A program made the position numbers and the translations under genes. Under the pieces are notes generated by a model. The model was not told the origin of the DNA. It did not search any database and worked only from the letters and a program-made list of their open reading frames with translations. Of a DNA stretch of 64,000 bases, positions 29,464-39,227 are shown one piece after another. The stretch spans positions 124,001 through 188,000 of IMG/VR virus record IMGVR_UViG_3300018424_000006. One strand, given 5' to 3'. The stretch's first letter is position 1. Each line of letters starts with the position of its first letter.

Positions 29464-31659
29464 TTACCCGAAATGTTTGTCAAAGTCTATTATAAGATTG
29501 TCTTTGGCTGTCTGCATATCAATATCATGATATGCGAAACGAGTCTTGTGTTTATTCTTATAATAGATACCTAGACATTCCAGCATGTAGTAGAACGATT
29601 CAGTTAGGTCTGTTAACAGTTTACCAATATCCACTGCTTCCCAGATCTCATCCGGAATAGTATTGTTTTCTAGATGCTCTTGACTTACTAACAGCATAGT
29701 GAAGTTAGTTCGTCCAGATTTCTCTAGCCAGCCACGCATTCTACCAGCTACAGCGGGATCAATTCTATCCAGCCATGCCGCCAAAGCAGTCTTGTTTGGT
29801 AAGTCTACAGGAATCTTTTTGCATTCCACAGTTGGGTCCGGCATCGCTCCGTATTTAGGCGCAAATACTTCCTGCCATAGATCATAGTAGACTAAGATAC
29901 TCGATTCAGGATTCTTATAAGCACTCGCATCTTTAATACGAACGTTATAAAGAGATTCCGAATTACCATTCCGCAAGTCTTCTTGGATTTTGTGTTCCAA
30001 ATAGGCTGGTACAGATATAGCTTGTGCTGGAGTAATCTTTTCACCTTTCTTAAAAGTCTCTACGATAGCGGTTACGTAATCATTAAAGATTTCGATAATC
30101 CAACGAGGTACTTTACTAGACTTAAGGGCTACCCCTTTTGTCTCGAGTTCTTCTTCCGGATATACGTTTCCTTCACAAGCTGAGATGGTTGCTATGTAAT
30201 GTTTAGAACGGTTAGTCACACCCATTACCGGCATAGCAAATTCTGGCTTCATCTTCAGAGTAAACATATGTTCTTCTGGAGTGCCGATGTTTGCTGACAT
30301 CTTCGCTAGGAAATGTGTTACCAACTGAGAGTTTAAGTAAGTCATTAACTCACGTGCACAGTCAGCTTGGAAGTCAAACTTAAGTTCGCCTAAATACCAC
30401 TCAATAATACTTTGCGTTGTAAACAAGGTACTATCTGTATCGGATGCTATTACGCATTCACGGACAGAAGTTGGGAAGTGGTGAATAGAACTTGGAGTCA
30501 AGTCAGTACACATAAATGCTTCAAAGAAAAGATTGTATCTTCCTGTGATCGCTTCTGTGATATATTTAACTCGATAAGCAAAGCGCTTATAGACCTTCGG
30601 ATCTTCCTCAACCAAATCTCCAATGGATCTACCTGCTAAATCCTGAGCAGACAAAGAAGCTACTAACGAATCAATATAGTCGTCAGCTCCTTTAATCCAT
30701 TTCTTAGCCTCATCTATTTCCATCTCTGGGAAGTCTTCAAAACCAAACAAAGTTAGTTCGTCAAACATCTTACGGACAAAGTCTGGATTAATATCCATCC
30801 AAGTCTTTAAGTCTGAAACGCCTATTACAACCATCAGTTGTACTGGATTAAGTTTACGCAAGAAAGCTTCTAACTTATTCCACTCTGGAGTACTCATCCA
30901 ATAGCGATCACAAGCATTCTTAAAACGCTCTAGGACGTATTCAATTGAAGGTAGTTTGAAACCATAAGTCTCAATAGCTTTCTTCACTAACTCCATATCC
31001 ACTAACTGAATAGCTGCTACTGCATTCTCCAGTGCAATGCTAGGCATATAGTAGTGACGGTTACCCATCATAAAACGTTCTGTGGAGCTATTAGAATTGG
31101 TTGTAGCTACACGACACGTAGAAGTTAATGAAGTATGTGCACTTCCGGCATAGTTTGGATTGTGAGGGCTACAGTGAGCCCCAGAGAACGAGTTATTCAA
31201 TATCTTGATATTAACCTGTTCTTTATCCCAGTAGCCTGCCATGTCTTCGTCGCCGGCCATCTTAGCTTCGAACTTTTTATTCTTTACTTTCTTACGGCGA
31301 CTTAGACCCTCATCAATAAAGTCCCCTTGATAGCAACGTTCTTTTTTTGGATCTTCATAGGCAATTAAACTTGGGCTTAGTACCAGATTCTTTTGCTGAA
31401 CCGTACGTAAGAATTCGGATAGTTTAATTTTACCTTTCTCTCTATCCGCATGCGCATGCTTGCGGAAGATAACCTTTAATTCTGGATCTTTAGGTTCCAG
31501 AGGACCGCCGGGTTTCGAAAGCTCTACTGCTTTCTGTAACGCTTCTTCATATGGAATATCTTTCATAATAGAAGCATAGCATGCTAGATGCTCACGATAG
31601 TTTCGAACAACGTTTAAGTCACGCTCATAGTCATTCGGCCCCTTTAAGAAAAGACTCAT
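29464..31659 (-). CDS. polB: Family B DNA polymerase, polymerase part of the split enzyme (gp50-like)
   Basis: Q.NIKILNNSFSG, ASDTDS, KHY and KGV.LKSS motifs; no exonuclease domain. Confidence 0.9.
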   Translation of the reverse strand: MSLFLKGPNDYERDLNVVRNYREHLACYASIMKDIPYEEALQKAVELSKPGGPLEPKDPELKVIFRKHAHADREKGKIKLSEFLRTVQQKNLVLSPSLIAYEDPKKERCYQGDFIDEGLSRRKKVKNKKFEAKMAGDEDMAGYWDKEQVNIKILNNSFSGAHCSPHNPNYAGSAHTSLTSTCRVATTNSNSSTERFMMGNRHYYMPSIALENAVAAIQLVDMELVKKAIETYGFKLPSIEYVLERFKNACDRYWMSTPEWNKLEAFLRKLNPVQLMVVIGVSDLKTWMDINPDFVRKMFDELTLFGFEDFPEMEIDEAKKWIKGADDYIDSLVASLSAQDLAGRSIGDLVEEDPKVYKRFAYRVKYITEAITGRYNLFFEAFMCTDLTPSSIHHFPTSVRECVIASDTDSTLFTTQSIIEWYLGELKFDFQADCARELMTYLNSQLVTHFLAKMSANIGTPEEHMFTLKMKPEFAMPVMGVTNRSKHYIATISACEGNVYPEEELETKGVALKSSKVPRWIIEIFNDYVTAIVETFKKGEKITPAQAISVPAYLEHKIQEDLRNGNSESLYNVRIKDASAYKNPESSILVYYDLWQEVFAPKYGAMPDPTVECKKIPVDLPNKTALAAWLDRIDPAVAGRMRGWLEKSGRTNFTMLLVSQEHLENNTIPDEIWEAVDIGKLLTDLTESFYYMLECLGIYYKNKHKTRFAYHDIDMQTAKDNLIIDFDKHFG

Positions 31660-31720
31660 AATTTAATTTCTCCACTCTCTCTAATATAGAATAAAAAAGA
31701 AATGTAAATTAGGCAGCAGA

Positions 31721-31754
31721 ATTACTCTACCTGCCCTAAGACAAGTAGAGTAAT
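31721..31754. terminator. Terminator-like hairpin
   Basis: ATTACTCTAC/GTAGAGTAAT stem. Confidence 0.6.
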
Positions 31755-31763
31755 CAAAAAAAA

Positions 31764-32174
31764 TTATTCGGACACCGAAAGTACTTCATATCCATTCAAC
31801 GTTAACAACGACTTGATACGAACATAATCCGCCTCTTTGAAGTTGTTAAGCTGAATAGTTACCAATCGATTTGAGACCGATGCTAAACTATTAGCATTGA
31901 TCCACGGAATGCCAATGTACACAATGGTAGTTGAATCCGTAGCCAATGCTAGATAGTTGTAAGAGGTAAAGTCATTACTAATTAATGCTTGGTCTTCTGC
32001 TGGGATAGAAGGCCAAATATTAGTATGATTTACCTGTGCATTTGAATCGGCTGGCAAGGCTCTAGGATTTACTACGCCTAGAACCTTACCTGTGAACGAC
32101 TGAACGCCGCCAATCAAACCGTGAGTTGTAAACTGAATTTCGTCATCAAGGATCAAGCTTGTTTGTGAGAGCAT
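31764..32174 (-). CDS. Conserved protein (gp49-like)
   Basis: H.NIWP.IP, YNYL and IGIPWI motifs; directly upstream of the polymerase. Confidence 0.65.
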   Translation of the reverse strand: MLSQTSLILDDEIQFTTHGLIGGVQSFTGKVLGVVNPRALPADSNAQVNHTNIWPSIPAEDQALISNDFTSYNYLALATDSTTIVYIGIPWINANSLASVSNRLVTIQLNNFKEADYVRIKSLLTLNGYEVLSVSE

Positions 32175-32475
32175 GAGGGATCTCCAATAGAATACTGGTT
32201 CCGCCAATTAGCTTTAGACTATCTACATCTGGCGATGTAGACAAAGAAGCTTCTTTGCGGATGTCATTTAAAATTTCCATTATAAGATCAGTCGGCTCTT
32301 CTTCAATAAGTTCACCATAAACAATGGCAACCTCAAGAAGTTCTTCTGCTTTCGCATAGAGTTGTTTCCGAACTTCCTTACAAGAAGGAGTATCCGGTAA
32401 GCTTTGATTATGAAGTAGGTTAATCAGTTTTAAAACCGCGTTTGACTGACAGAGTAGTACTACGGGCTTATCCAT
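32146..32475 (-). CDS. Hypothetical protein, paralog array member 6
   Basis: 109 aa; C-terminal LIGGTSILL. Confidence 0.6.
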   Translation of the reverse strand: MDKPVVLLCQSNAVLKLINLLHNQSLPDTPSCKEVRKQLYAKAEELLEVAIVYGELIEEEPTDLIMEILNDIRKEASLSTSPDVDSLKLIGGTSILLEIPHALTNKLDP

Positions 32476-32484
32476 GTACCTTAC

Positions 32485-32895
32485 CTATTTATAGTTGACT
32501 ATACCGAAACTGGCCGACCATTGATCGATGGTGACGAGTTCAGCTTCTAAGTATTCGATACCATCTACGTTTAAATTTTTCTCGGCGAATGAGACAAGGC
32601 GATAAAATATCTCCTTAAAGTAAACGTAGAAAGTGTCTTCTTCAACATGTCCTATTGATAGACGGATACCATTAATTATGTCATCCGAAAAAGAATGCTC
32701 TGCAACTGCGATATGTTGCAGCATATCTATAAAATTATCTTCTACGTTATCAGGCATGTAGCCACGACTAAGTAGACGCCGTTTAGCATCGATAATTATA
32801 TCTTTAATATCAATTATAAGGATCAAGGGCTGGTGTTCAGACAAGCCTGTTCGGGAGAGTACTTCTCCCTGCGGTGCTTTGAACGGGAATGGCAT
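32485..32895 (-). CDS. Hypothetical protein, paralog array member 5
   Basis: 136 aa; LIIDIKD. Confidence 0.6.
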   Translation of the reverse strand: MPFPFKAPQGEVLSRTGLSEHQPLILIIDIKDIIIDAKRRLLSRGYMPDNVEDNFIDMLQHIAVAEHSFSDDIINGIRLSIGHVEEDTFYVYFKEIFYRLVSFAEKNLNVDGIEYLEAELVTIDQWSASFGIVNYK

Positions 32896-33313
32896 TTTGC
32901 ATTGCGCCTCGATTAACGTTCTGAATGAAGTCTATTGTAAAAGACGTACCTCCTACATACTTCGCCATAATGCTTAAATTGGGGCGATGAATATGGTAAA
33001 TAGGTGGCAGCGCAGAAAACTCAGTTTGCATATACGCGCCCACATCCATTATCAAAGTATACGCATGACTTTGCTGATTGGCCAGAAGGTTGCAATCTCC
33101 GCAAATATAACTTACGTCACACTGACAAGTTTTAGGTGGTGAGTACAAGTCTAGATAGTCAGTAGAGACCATATCGTCAATGATATTTTCTAGAGTCTGG
33201 AACTGGAACACTGCTTCTATACAATGGCAAGCTAAGGTAACGTTGTCAATAGTAGCCAACTTACCCTGCAAGATTGGAACATCGATAATGAGTCGACTGG
33301 GTAGTACGTCCAT
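32837..33313 (-). CDS. Hypothetical protein, paralog array member 4, with Cys-rich insert
   Basis: Start ATG 33313 after AAGGA; LIIDVP, CQC..ICGDC, YVGGTSF. Confidence 0.6.
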   Translation of the reverse strand: MDVLPSRLIIDVPILQGKLATIDNVTLACHCIEAVFQFQTLENIIDDMVSTDYLDLYSPPKTCQCDVSYICGDCNLLANQQSHAYTLIMDVGAYMQTEFSALPPIYHIHRPNLSIMAKYVGGTSFTIDFIQNVNRGAMQNAIPVQSTAGRSTLPNRLV

Positions 33314-33323
33314 ATCTATTTCC

Positions 33324-33758
33324 TTATAGGTTTTCTTTGAGAAGAACCCCTTCGTTGGGACCAATCCATTGAAACTTAATTCTTTCCAATGGCCATCCTG
33401 CCGGAAGAAATACTAGTAAAGCTCTCAGCTTATCTTTAATCATTTCGCTGGCTAGATTAAAGGTTGACTCGGCATGATAGGTAGGCATACCTAACGTGAC
33501 GAACATGTCGAAGTTATGCGGAGTTTTCATTAACCTCTGATAGAGATCTCTGACTCCTTCCCCATAAAGAATGCAACTGACTTCTGCGTCCAAAAACCCT
33601 CGTATATCAAAGAAGCTTATTCCTAGATTCGAGTGGTTCTCAAGCGATTGTCGGATGTGTTCTTTGACATCAACAAAACTGATAACTTCTATTTCATTAT
33701 TTTCGTTTAGGATCGGTGAATATATTTCCCGTCCCGGTCGGTATTGAGTCGCTCCCAT
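33324..33758 (-). CDS. Hypothetical protein, paralog array member 3
   Basis: 144 aa; SFVDVKE, WIGPNEGVLL. Confidence 0.6.
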   Translation of the reverse strand: MGATQYRPGREIYSPILNENNEIEVISFVDVKEHIRQSLENHSNLGISFFDIRGFLDAEVSCILYGEGVRDLYQRLMKTPHNFDMFVTLGMPTYHAESTFNLASEMIKDKLRALLVFLPAGWPLERIKFQWIGPNEGVLLKENL

Positions 33759-34198
33759 TCTAAAACCCTATAATCTCCAAGTGGTTCGGCTACTACGGTA
33801 GTATTCATGCATGTAACATGAAATACCTCGAACATGTTTTCTGGGCAATAAGGTGTGACTTCCCGTAGAATGAATAGATTGATAGGGTCGTAGTAACGAA
33901 CACCGTAAACCAACTCATTAACGTCTTGGTCAGTAAACGTAATAGTACTCTTCAAGGCAAACATTCTAGAGATGATATCTCGACGTACACCATGTAGTTT
34001 GTCTCCCACATTACCGCCACCCAAATACTGGTTTAAGTCATGATGCAACGAATCTGCCACAGCAGCCGTTATTAACTCTAAACCAAATAGTTCCCAGATC
34101 TGGTGAAAGGGACTACCCTTACCATGAGACGACTCTAGAAACTCTAGAGTAGACCGCGTTATCCCCCCAATATCTATCAGGATAGTTTTATTTTGCAT
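33707..34198 (-). CDS. Hypothetical protein, paralog array member 2
   Basis: Start ATG 34198 after GGAG; ILIDIGG. Confidence 0.6.
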   Translation of the reverse strand: MQNKTILIDIGGITRSTLEFLESSHGKGSPFHQIWELFGLELITAAVADSLHHDLNQYLGGGNVGDKLHGVRRDIISRMFALKSTITFTDQDVNELVYGVRYYDPINLFILREVTPYCPENMFEVFHVTCMNTTVVAEPLGDYRVLEWERLNTDRDGKYIHRS

Positions 34199-34571
34199 AT
34201 TCTTTCTCCAAAGCTGCAAAACTGGTTCCGCCCAAATATCGAATTTCAAAGTTCTCTGGTAGGTGATGGCTAGTTGGAATACTCTCTCGTATTTCAGCAG
34301 ACATTTCCGCAAGGATCTTTCGATCTAATGCTTCCAGAGGTTCGAAATCAAAAGCGGTACTTTTTGTTCCACTTAAATCACAAACTAAATACATCCCTTC
34401 TATAACCCGTCCGATCCAGAAGACGACAATATCGATAGGCTCATTACCTAACGAGTCTACAGGATGTGCATTTGGGTTGTTTGGATTTTTAATTTCAGAT
34501 TTAACAATGGAAATAGCATCATAAAAACTTTCCGGTACTGCAAAGATAGTTCCTTTAAGTCCATTAACCAT
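34188..34571 (-). CDS. Hypothetical protein, paralog array member 1
   Basis: 127 aa; C-terminal YLGGTSF. Confidence 0.6.
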   Translation of the reverse strand: MVNGLKGTIFAVPESFYDAISIVKSEIKNPNNPNAHPVDSLGNEPIDIVVFWIGRVIEGMYLVCDLSGTKSTAFDFEPLEALDRKILAEMSAEIRESIPTSHHLPENFEIRYLGGTSFAALEKEYAK

Positions 34572-34596
34572 TTTTAATAAACCCTATATTAAGAAA

Positions 34597-34628
34597 AAAA
34601 TATCGGGAGAATTAACTCCCGATATTTT
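34597..34628 (-). terminator. Terminator after PhuZ
   Basis: AAAATATCGGGAG/CTCCCGATATTTT stem with U-tract. Confidence 0.8.
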
Positions 34629-34639
34629 AAGTTTTGCCT

Positions 34640-35641
34640 TTAGAAAACGAAACCGTCTTCTTCTTCACCGGCTACTTCAGTAGTCTTAGAAGCTTCTTCT
34701 ACCAATGCAGATGCCGCACGAGTAAAGTCTGCTACTTTTTCTTTTAGCTTGGCGATACGAGGCTCACGCTGAACCGCTGTAGTCGCGAAGTGTAGAGATA
34801 GCTTTTCATCTGGCATACTGTCCAGAATCTCTTTAGGGTAGTAACCTACAGTTGAGTACAACTGGCTACCAGAGATTTGCTCAGAATCTGCATTAGGAAT
34901 AACCGATGCAGTACTGATCATCTTGCCCTTTAGAGTGTCTAGACGACTGACGTCAGACGTAATAACGACATCCACTAGTTGTGGAGGTACGCTAGTTACT
35001 TTGTTATAGCAGATGAAGTTAGCAATGTCTGCACGGTCTAGCTCAAGGTGTTGTTCACCCATCAATAGAGCCATGCGAGTTGCATCGTCAAGAACGCGAG
35101 CATCAACCTTTGTACGAGTATTGATGTTACGACTACCTTCTTCGCCATTAGTGATGTTCTCATAATAGCTAATAAGGATTGGGTTCTTGGCGGTCTTTGA
35201 AGCTAGGTTCTGAAGAGTAGCTAGAGTCTTCAAAGTGTTGTCAGTTTCTTTTGCAGAGATAGTGCTACCCACTACTAAGCAAATTGCTGGTACCTGACGA
35301 CGCGCTAGTTCTGCAGCTACTAATGGGCCAATAACAGAACCAGAACCACCAGAGGTGCTGAACAGTACAAGGTTAGTAGTACCCGGTTTGAAAGTTTTCA
35401 ACATTTCAACCACTTGGTCATATGCAGCTTGGTGAGCCACTGCACGATTCTTGCCTGCTCCAGACATACCTGCTACCACGAAGGTATTGGCATTGTCTTC
35501 TTCGGTTACGTTTGAATGGCTGGTATCCAAGAAAGTCTTTTCAACTGCTGGATAACCTACAGCGTTAGGGACAGTCAATTGCTTGGCCAAGTTAATGCCA
35601 CAACCACCACAACCGTAAATACGAAGTTTTGCTTTTTCCAT
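34640..35641 (-). CDS. phuZ: Phage tubulin PhuZ
   Basis: YGCGGCGIN, DTS.SN, G.GKNR, tubulin signature SGGSGS, LDRADI, acidic tail ending DGFVF. Confidence 0.95.
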   Translation of the reverse strand: MEKAKLRIYGCGGCGINLAKQLTVPNAVGYPAVEKTFLDTSHSNVTEEDNANTFVVAGMSGAGKNRAVAHQAAYDQVVEMLKTFKPGTTNLVLFSTSGGSGSVIGPLVAAELARRQVPAICLVVGSTISAKETDNTLKTLATLQNLASKTAKNPILISYYENITNGEEGSRNINTRTKVDARVLDDATRMALLMGEQHLELDRADIANFICYNKVTSVPPQLVDVVITSDVSRLDTLKGKMISTASVIPNADSEQISGSQLYSTVGYYPKEILDSMPDEKLSLHFATTAVQREPRIAKLKEKVADFTRAASALVEEASKTTEVAGEEEDGFVF

Positions 35642-35722
35642 AGTTCTCCCCTTTAGGAAATAAGATTAATGTATTTGGGTTTTCTTACTACCATGAGAGT
35701 TTTATTATCTCATGCCACTAAA

Positions 35723-35730
35723 GTAATATA
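35723..35730 (-). promoter_or_regulatory. Early promoter TATATTAC upstream of phuZ
   Basis: TCTAG...TTTCAATTCTATATTAC. Confidence 0.8.
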
Positions 35731-35814
35731 GAATTGAAATTCCCTAGAACTCCCATGAAATCAAGGGTCTAGGTATTTTTAGTTAATCCTCTGTAAAGCA
35801 ATGAGGATATAAAA

Positions 35815-36597
35815 ATGAACGCTATTGACTATGCTTTGAATAATCTTTTTCAACGTATACCTTCTGAACTAATCACTCAGGCTTTTGGTACTTCTCCTGT
35901 CTATGGTTATATTGATAATCGTAGCTTAGAGCAGCGAGTTCGTGAAACCGTAATTGATTCTTTTGTTTCTATAGACTGCAATTTAGTAGGTGGACAACAG
36001 GTAATGCTTCCGATGAGTACTTTGCCAGGCAAGCCTGTGGAAACTGGATGGATTTATGAAATACCTTTAGCCATGACTCAAGGAAGAAAGATTACTTCTG
36101 TATTGGGAGTAGAGTATTCGTCTGGCAATGGGAACCTTTCTAATCCTGATATGAATGCAATGGGTAGAAGTTTAATGGATATGGTAAACTTCGCTACAGG
36201 GCCTTCCGGAGGCGTCGCTAGCGGTAACGTCATGCTGGTGGGACCTAATACTGTTTTCGTTGGATCGAATATGGGAACCGGTAGCTTGTACCTGCGGTGC
36301 ATGATTGCGAATGATTCACAGATGGCTAATCTGAATCCACGTGCACTTCCTATCTTTGCTCAGTTATGTGAGTATGCTTGTAAAGGAATGATTTACAATG
36401 CATTACGAATTAAGCTTGGTGAAGGTTCGATTACGGGTGGTTCTTTAAATAGCTACTTGAATCAGATACTGGATGAATACTCTGATTCTTTTACGTTGTA
36501 CAATGAACTACGTGACGGTAAGTGGAAGAAGGTTTCTATTCTTGCTGATGACTTCACTCGACGTGAGTTGACTAGAATGTCATTACCTAGAAGCTAA
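35815..36597 (+). CDS. Conserved core protein (probably gp42-like)
   Basis: MNAIDYAL....RIP..LI N-terminus and T.GR.I.SV motif typical of a phiKZ-like core gene. Confidence 0.6.
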   Translation: MNAIDYALNNLFQRIPSELITQAFGTSPVYGYIDNRSLEQRVRETVIDSFVSIDCNLVGGQQVMLPMSTLPGKPVETGWIYEIPLAMTQGRKITSVLGVEYSSGNGNLSNPDMNAMGRSLMDMVNFATGPSGGVASGNVMLVGPNTVFVGSNMGTGSLYLRCMIANDSQMANLNPRALPIFAQLCEYACKGMIYNALRIKLGEGSITGGSLNSYLNQILDEYSDSFTLYNELRDGKWKKVSILADDFTRRELTRMSLPRS

Positions 36598-36608
36598 AAG
36601 CATATTTA

Positions 36609-36637
36609 CTCTATACCCAGCATAGCTGGGTATAGAG
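36609..36637 (+). terminator. Intrinsic terminator
   Basis: CTCTATACCCAGC/GCTGGGTATAGAG plus U-rich tail. Confidence 0.85.
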
Positions 36638-36649
36638 CTTTATTCTGTT

Positions 36650-36880
36650 TTAAATTTTCTAAATGTAAATCATATAGATATTAATAATTAATTATAATAT
36701 TAATTTAATATTTATTTTTATTCTTTAAAATTACTTAAAAAATTTATTCCCTTATATTATAGACAGTAATATATTTGACGAGGAACGAGGCAAATATATA
36801 TACATTTAGTAGTCAATATCAGAACTACTAAAAATAGACCTATTTTAAGCTACTTTCTATCTTAGGATAGGAGGTAGTTA
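36650..36880. other. AT-rich tract plus hairpin cluster (candidate origin)
   Basis: Nearly pure A/T at about 36678-36750, then hairpins at 36769-36799, 36807-36830, 36831-36846 and 36849-36878. Confidence 0.4.
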
Positions 36881-36952
36881 TTATGCTGTTTAAAAATACA
36901 AATAGGTATTAGGGTATGAATTAAACATAAACCAACCAAAAGGAATTTAGAT

Positions 36953-37519
36953 ATGAACTTCTTTAAGTTATTATGGAAACGGATAGTAATATCCATTCTA
37001 GTGGATAGACCTTTCTTTGCTTTCTCAAATGAGATAGTGGAAAGTTTCTATCGGGGTTATAAGTCAATAGGTCGTACTAGGTTTACCCAAGAGCTGGATA
37101 GGCTCTTCGTGGCAAAGAGAGCTAAGATTGATCCTAAGTACACAAGTCCTAAAGCTTTAGGTTCTTATTCAGCCTTAGAAAGATTGAAAACTTTAAACTA
37201 CTGGGCTGCTTATCACACTAACCTATTTGCAGACGCATGGGCGCTTATGTCTAAAGAGCCATTGTTTTTCTCTATCTTACCTCTAAGCAAGACTCGATAC
37301 GAAGACGAAGATAGTCTACAGGACTATCTAGAAGACTCTAGAGATCTTTTTACGTTTTTGGATATAGAAGATCTATGGAGCAGTAGTCCTAGACTAGATT
37401 TATATAACCGCCTAGTCGCTTACAAGGAAGTCTATGAAGAACGTGGTCAGTTAGAATACTGGCAACGAATCTATGATATGCTAAAACCAAGATTGATTGA
37501 GGTGGGTTATGACCTATAA
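36953..37519 (+). CDS. Hypothetical protein (KR.IL family 1)
   Basis: 188 aa, AAGGA RBS, TATG upstream. Confidence 0.7.
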   Translation: MNFFKLLWKRIVISILVDRPFFAFSNEIVESFYRGYKSIGRTRFTQELDRLFVAKRAKIDPKYTSPKALGSYSALERLKTLNYWAAYHTNLFADAWALMSKEPLFFSILPLSKTRYEDEDSLQDYLEDSRDLFTFLDIEDLWSSSPRLDLYNRLVAYKEVYEERGQLEYWQRIYDMLKPRLIEVGYDL

Positions 37520-38066
37520 GAATTGGTTCAAACGAAAGATCCTAAGTTTCTTTCTTGATATTCCTATGGACTATGTTCCGATGCGTTATGCAGACGCAGC
37601 ATTTGCACATCTGACTAATGGTCCTTGGGAAACCAGAAAGTATCGTGCTCGGATGTATTTAGCTCAGTGTAGAAGTATTCCGTGCAAAGACTCTACCCCG
37701 GATGTACTTTATTTATATCCGTTCCATGAGGTACTTACCTATCTTGCCGATAATCAATACGACATGGAGAAGGCCAAGTTCTTATGGAAAGATAAGAACA
37801 TGGCCAAACACTGGATGGAAGTCTTTAGGGTATATAAGCTAGCGGATGGTACATATTCCAATAGTAATTTTATTTCGAATTACTATCTTAAGTTGGCAGG
37901 CTATATCGATATGGGTACTCCCGGGTTTTTAGAAGCGCTGGATGACTTTATTATGAATTTGAATGTAGTAGCCTACTCTGTCCAGGATGCCGATAAACAC
38001 GTTGCTCTAGTTCAGGAGATTGAAGTTTATAAGAAGCTACAATCTAAGCTTAGGGGCGAATCATGA
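37509..38066 (+). CDS. Hypothetical protein (KR.IL family 2)
   Basis: Start ATG 37509 after GAGGTG. Confidence 0.7.
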   Translation: MTYKNWFKRKILSFFLDIPMDYVPMRYADAAFAHLTNGPWETRKYRARMYLAQCRSIPCKDSTPDVLYLYPFHEVLTYLADNQYDMEKAKFLWKDKNMAKHWMEVFRVYKLADGTYSNSNFISNYYLKLAGYIDMGTPGFLEALDDFIMNLNVVAYSVQDADKHVALVQEIEVYKKLQSKLRGES

Positions 38067-38626
38067 TCAGACTAAAGCGCTATATACTAGAGGTCGTCCT
38101 ACAACGGCCTCTAGAGTCGCTCACGGATAAAAACATCCTTGAGATATGGCATTACCTTCCTGATGGCGTAAAAGGTCTTATGGGGGTTTACAGCGCCCCT
38201 AAGGAATGGATTAGGAATCTTTATTTCCTAGGACTTCTCCCTATAACGGAATTTACGATCTCTGAGATTCATGATTTCTTTATAAATCCAATGTGTGATA
38301 TCCATCCAGATATTCCGGGCGAACCTATACTTCCATATTACTTATCTGAAGCAGCGAAGCATAAACGCAAAGTAGAGATCTTTAAAGACTTCTGGGAAAC
38401 CTGTCCTCCAAAGACTTTATTTGCATTCTTTATGAGTCCTCATCAAAGTACTCATAAGCTGCTGTTAGAAAATGTAATAAGGGAGACGGGTAATGGCCGC
38501 TACGATTATCAGAAGTGGCTACTGAAGTATGGGAAAGATTATAGTCATATTTTCCATCAGTTACCGATGCCTTTTATACATGTCGATTTAATAACTAAGT
38601 TGGAGTTTGATTTAAGACGTAAATAG
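38063..38626 (+). CDS. Hypothetical protein (KR.IL family 3)
   Basis: 187 aa; ATGA overlap with the upstream gene. Confidence 0.7.
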   Translation: MIRLKRYILEVVLQRPLESLTDKNILEIWHYLPDGVKGLMGVYSAPKEWIRNLYFLGLLPITEFTISEIHDFFINPMCDIHPDIPGEPILPYYLSEAAKHKRKVEIFKDFWETCPPKTLFAFFMSPHQSTHKLLLENVIRETGNGRYDYQKWLLKYGKDYSHIFHQLPMPFIHVDLITKLEFDLRRK

Positions 38627-38684
38627 GTTGTTAATCCTATGTATTAGCTTGTTCATTAATTAACCTGAAAAAGGAGAAAAGGTT

Positions 38685-39227
38685 ATGAGCTTTAAAATCT
38701 CAATGAAAACTTTGTTTATAAAGTTTTTACCATTAGCGTTGTTGTCTGGGTTGTCTCGACGCTTAACTGCTGCGTTGTTTATTGGTCCTCGCGGTTTTAA
38801 ATTAGATAACGAAGGTCTTGATATGGCAATCGCTGCTATCAAGAAAACGCCTCTGTCAATCTTTCTGCGTCCATTTGAATTACTAGAGAAGCTTTATCTA
38901 GCTAATAAGCTAGAGGCTTCTCAATTGTTCAATGAAGAGATTGCAAACTTTACTGAAGAATCCTACATCGCCATTATTAACCGCTACCTGACTCTGAATC
39001 CAGAGCGGGCTAGAATGATATGGAACTGGACCTCTTTAGATCGTCAATTACATATTCTTTTGAATAGCCATTTCTTGTCTGCTAAGATCAGCAACCTTGG
39101 CGATGTAATTGCAAACGAGCCGTTGATTAAAACTGTTTGGGATGCAAACACCCCATTCAAGAAAGGTGAGCGTCAGCGTGCTAAGAACTTAATCCGCAGA
39201 ATGTATCCGCATCTGGATTTGACTTAA
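38685..39227 (+). CDS. Hypothetical protein
   Basis: 180 aa, AAGGAG RBS. Confidence 0.7.
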   Translation: MSFKISMKTLFIKFLPLALLSGLSRRLTAALFIGPRGFKLDNEGLDMAIAAIKKTPLSIFLRPFELLEKLYLANKLEASQLFNEEIANFTEESYIAIINRYLTLNPERARMIWNWTSLDRQLHILLNSHFLSAKISNLGDVIANEPLIKTVWDANTPFKKGERQRAKNLIRRMYPHLDLT

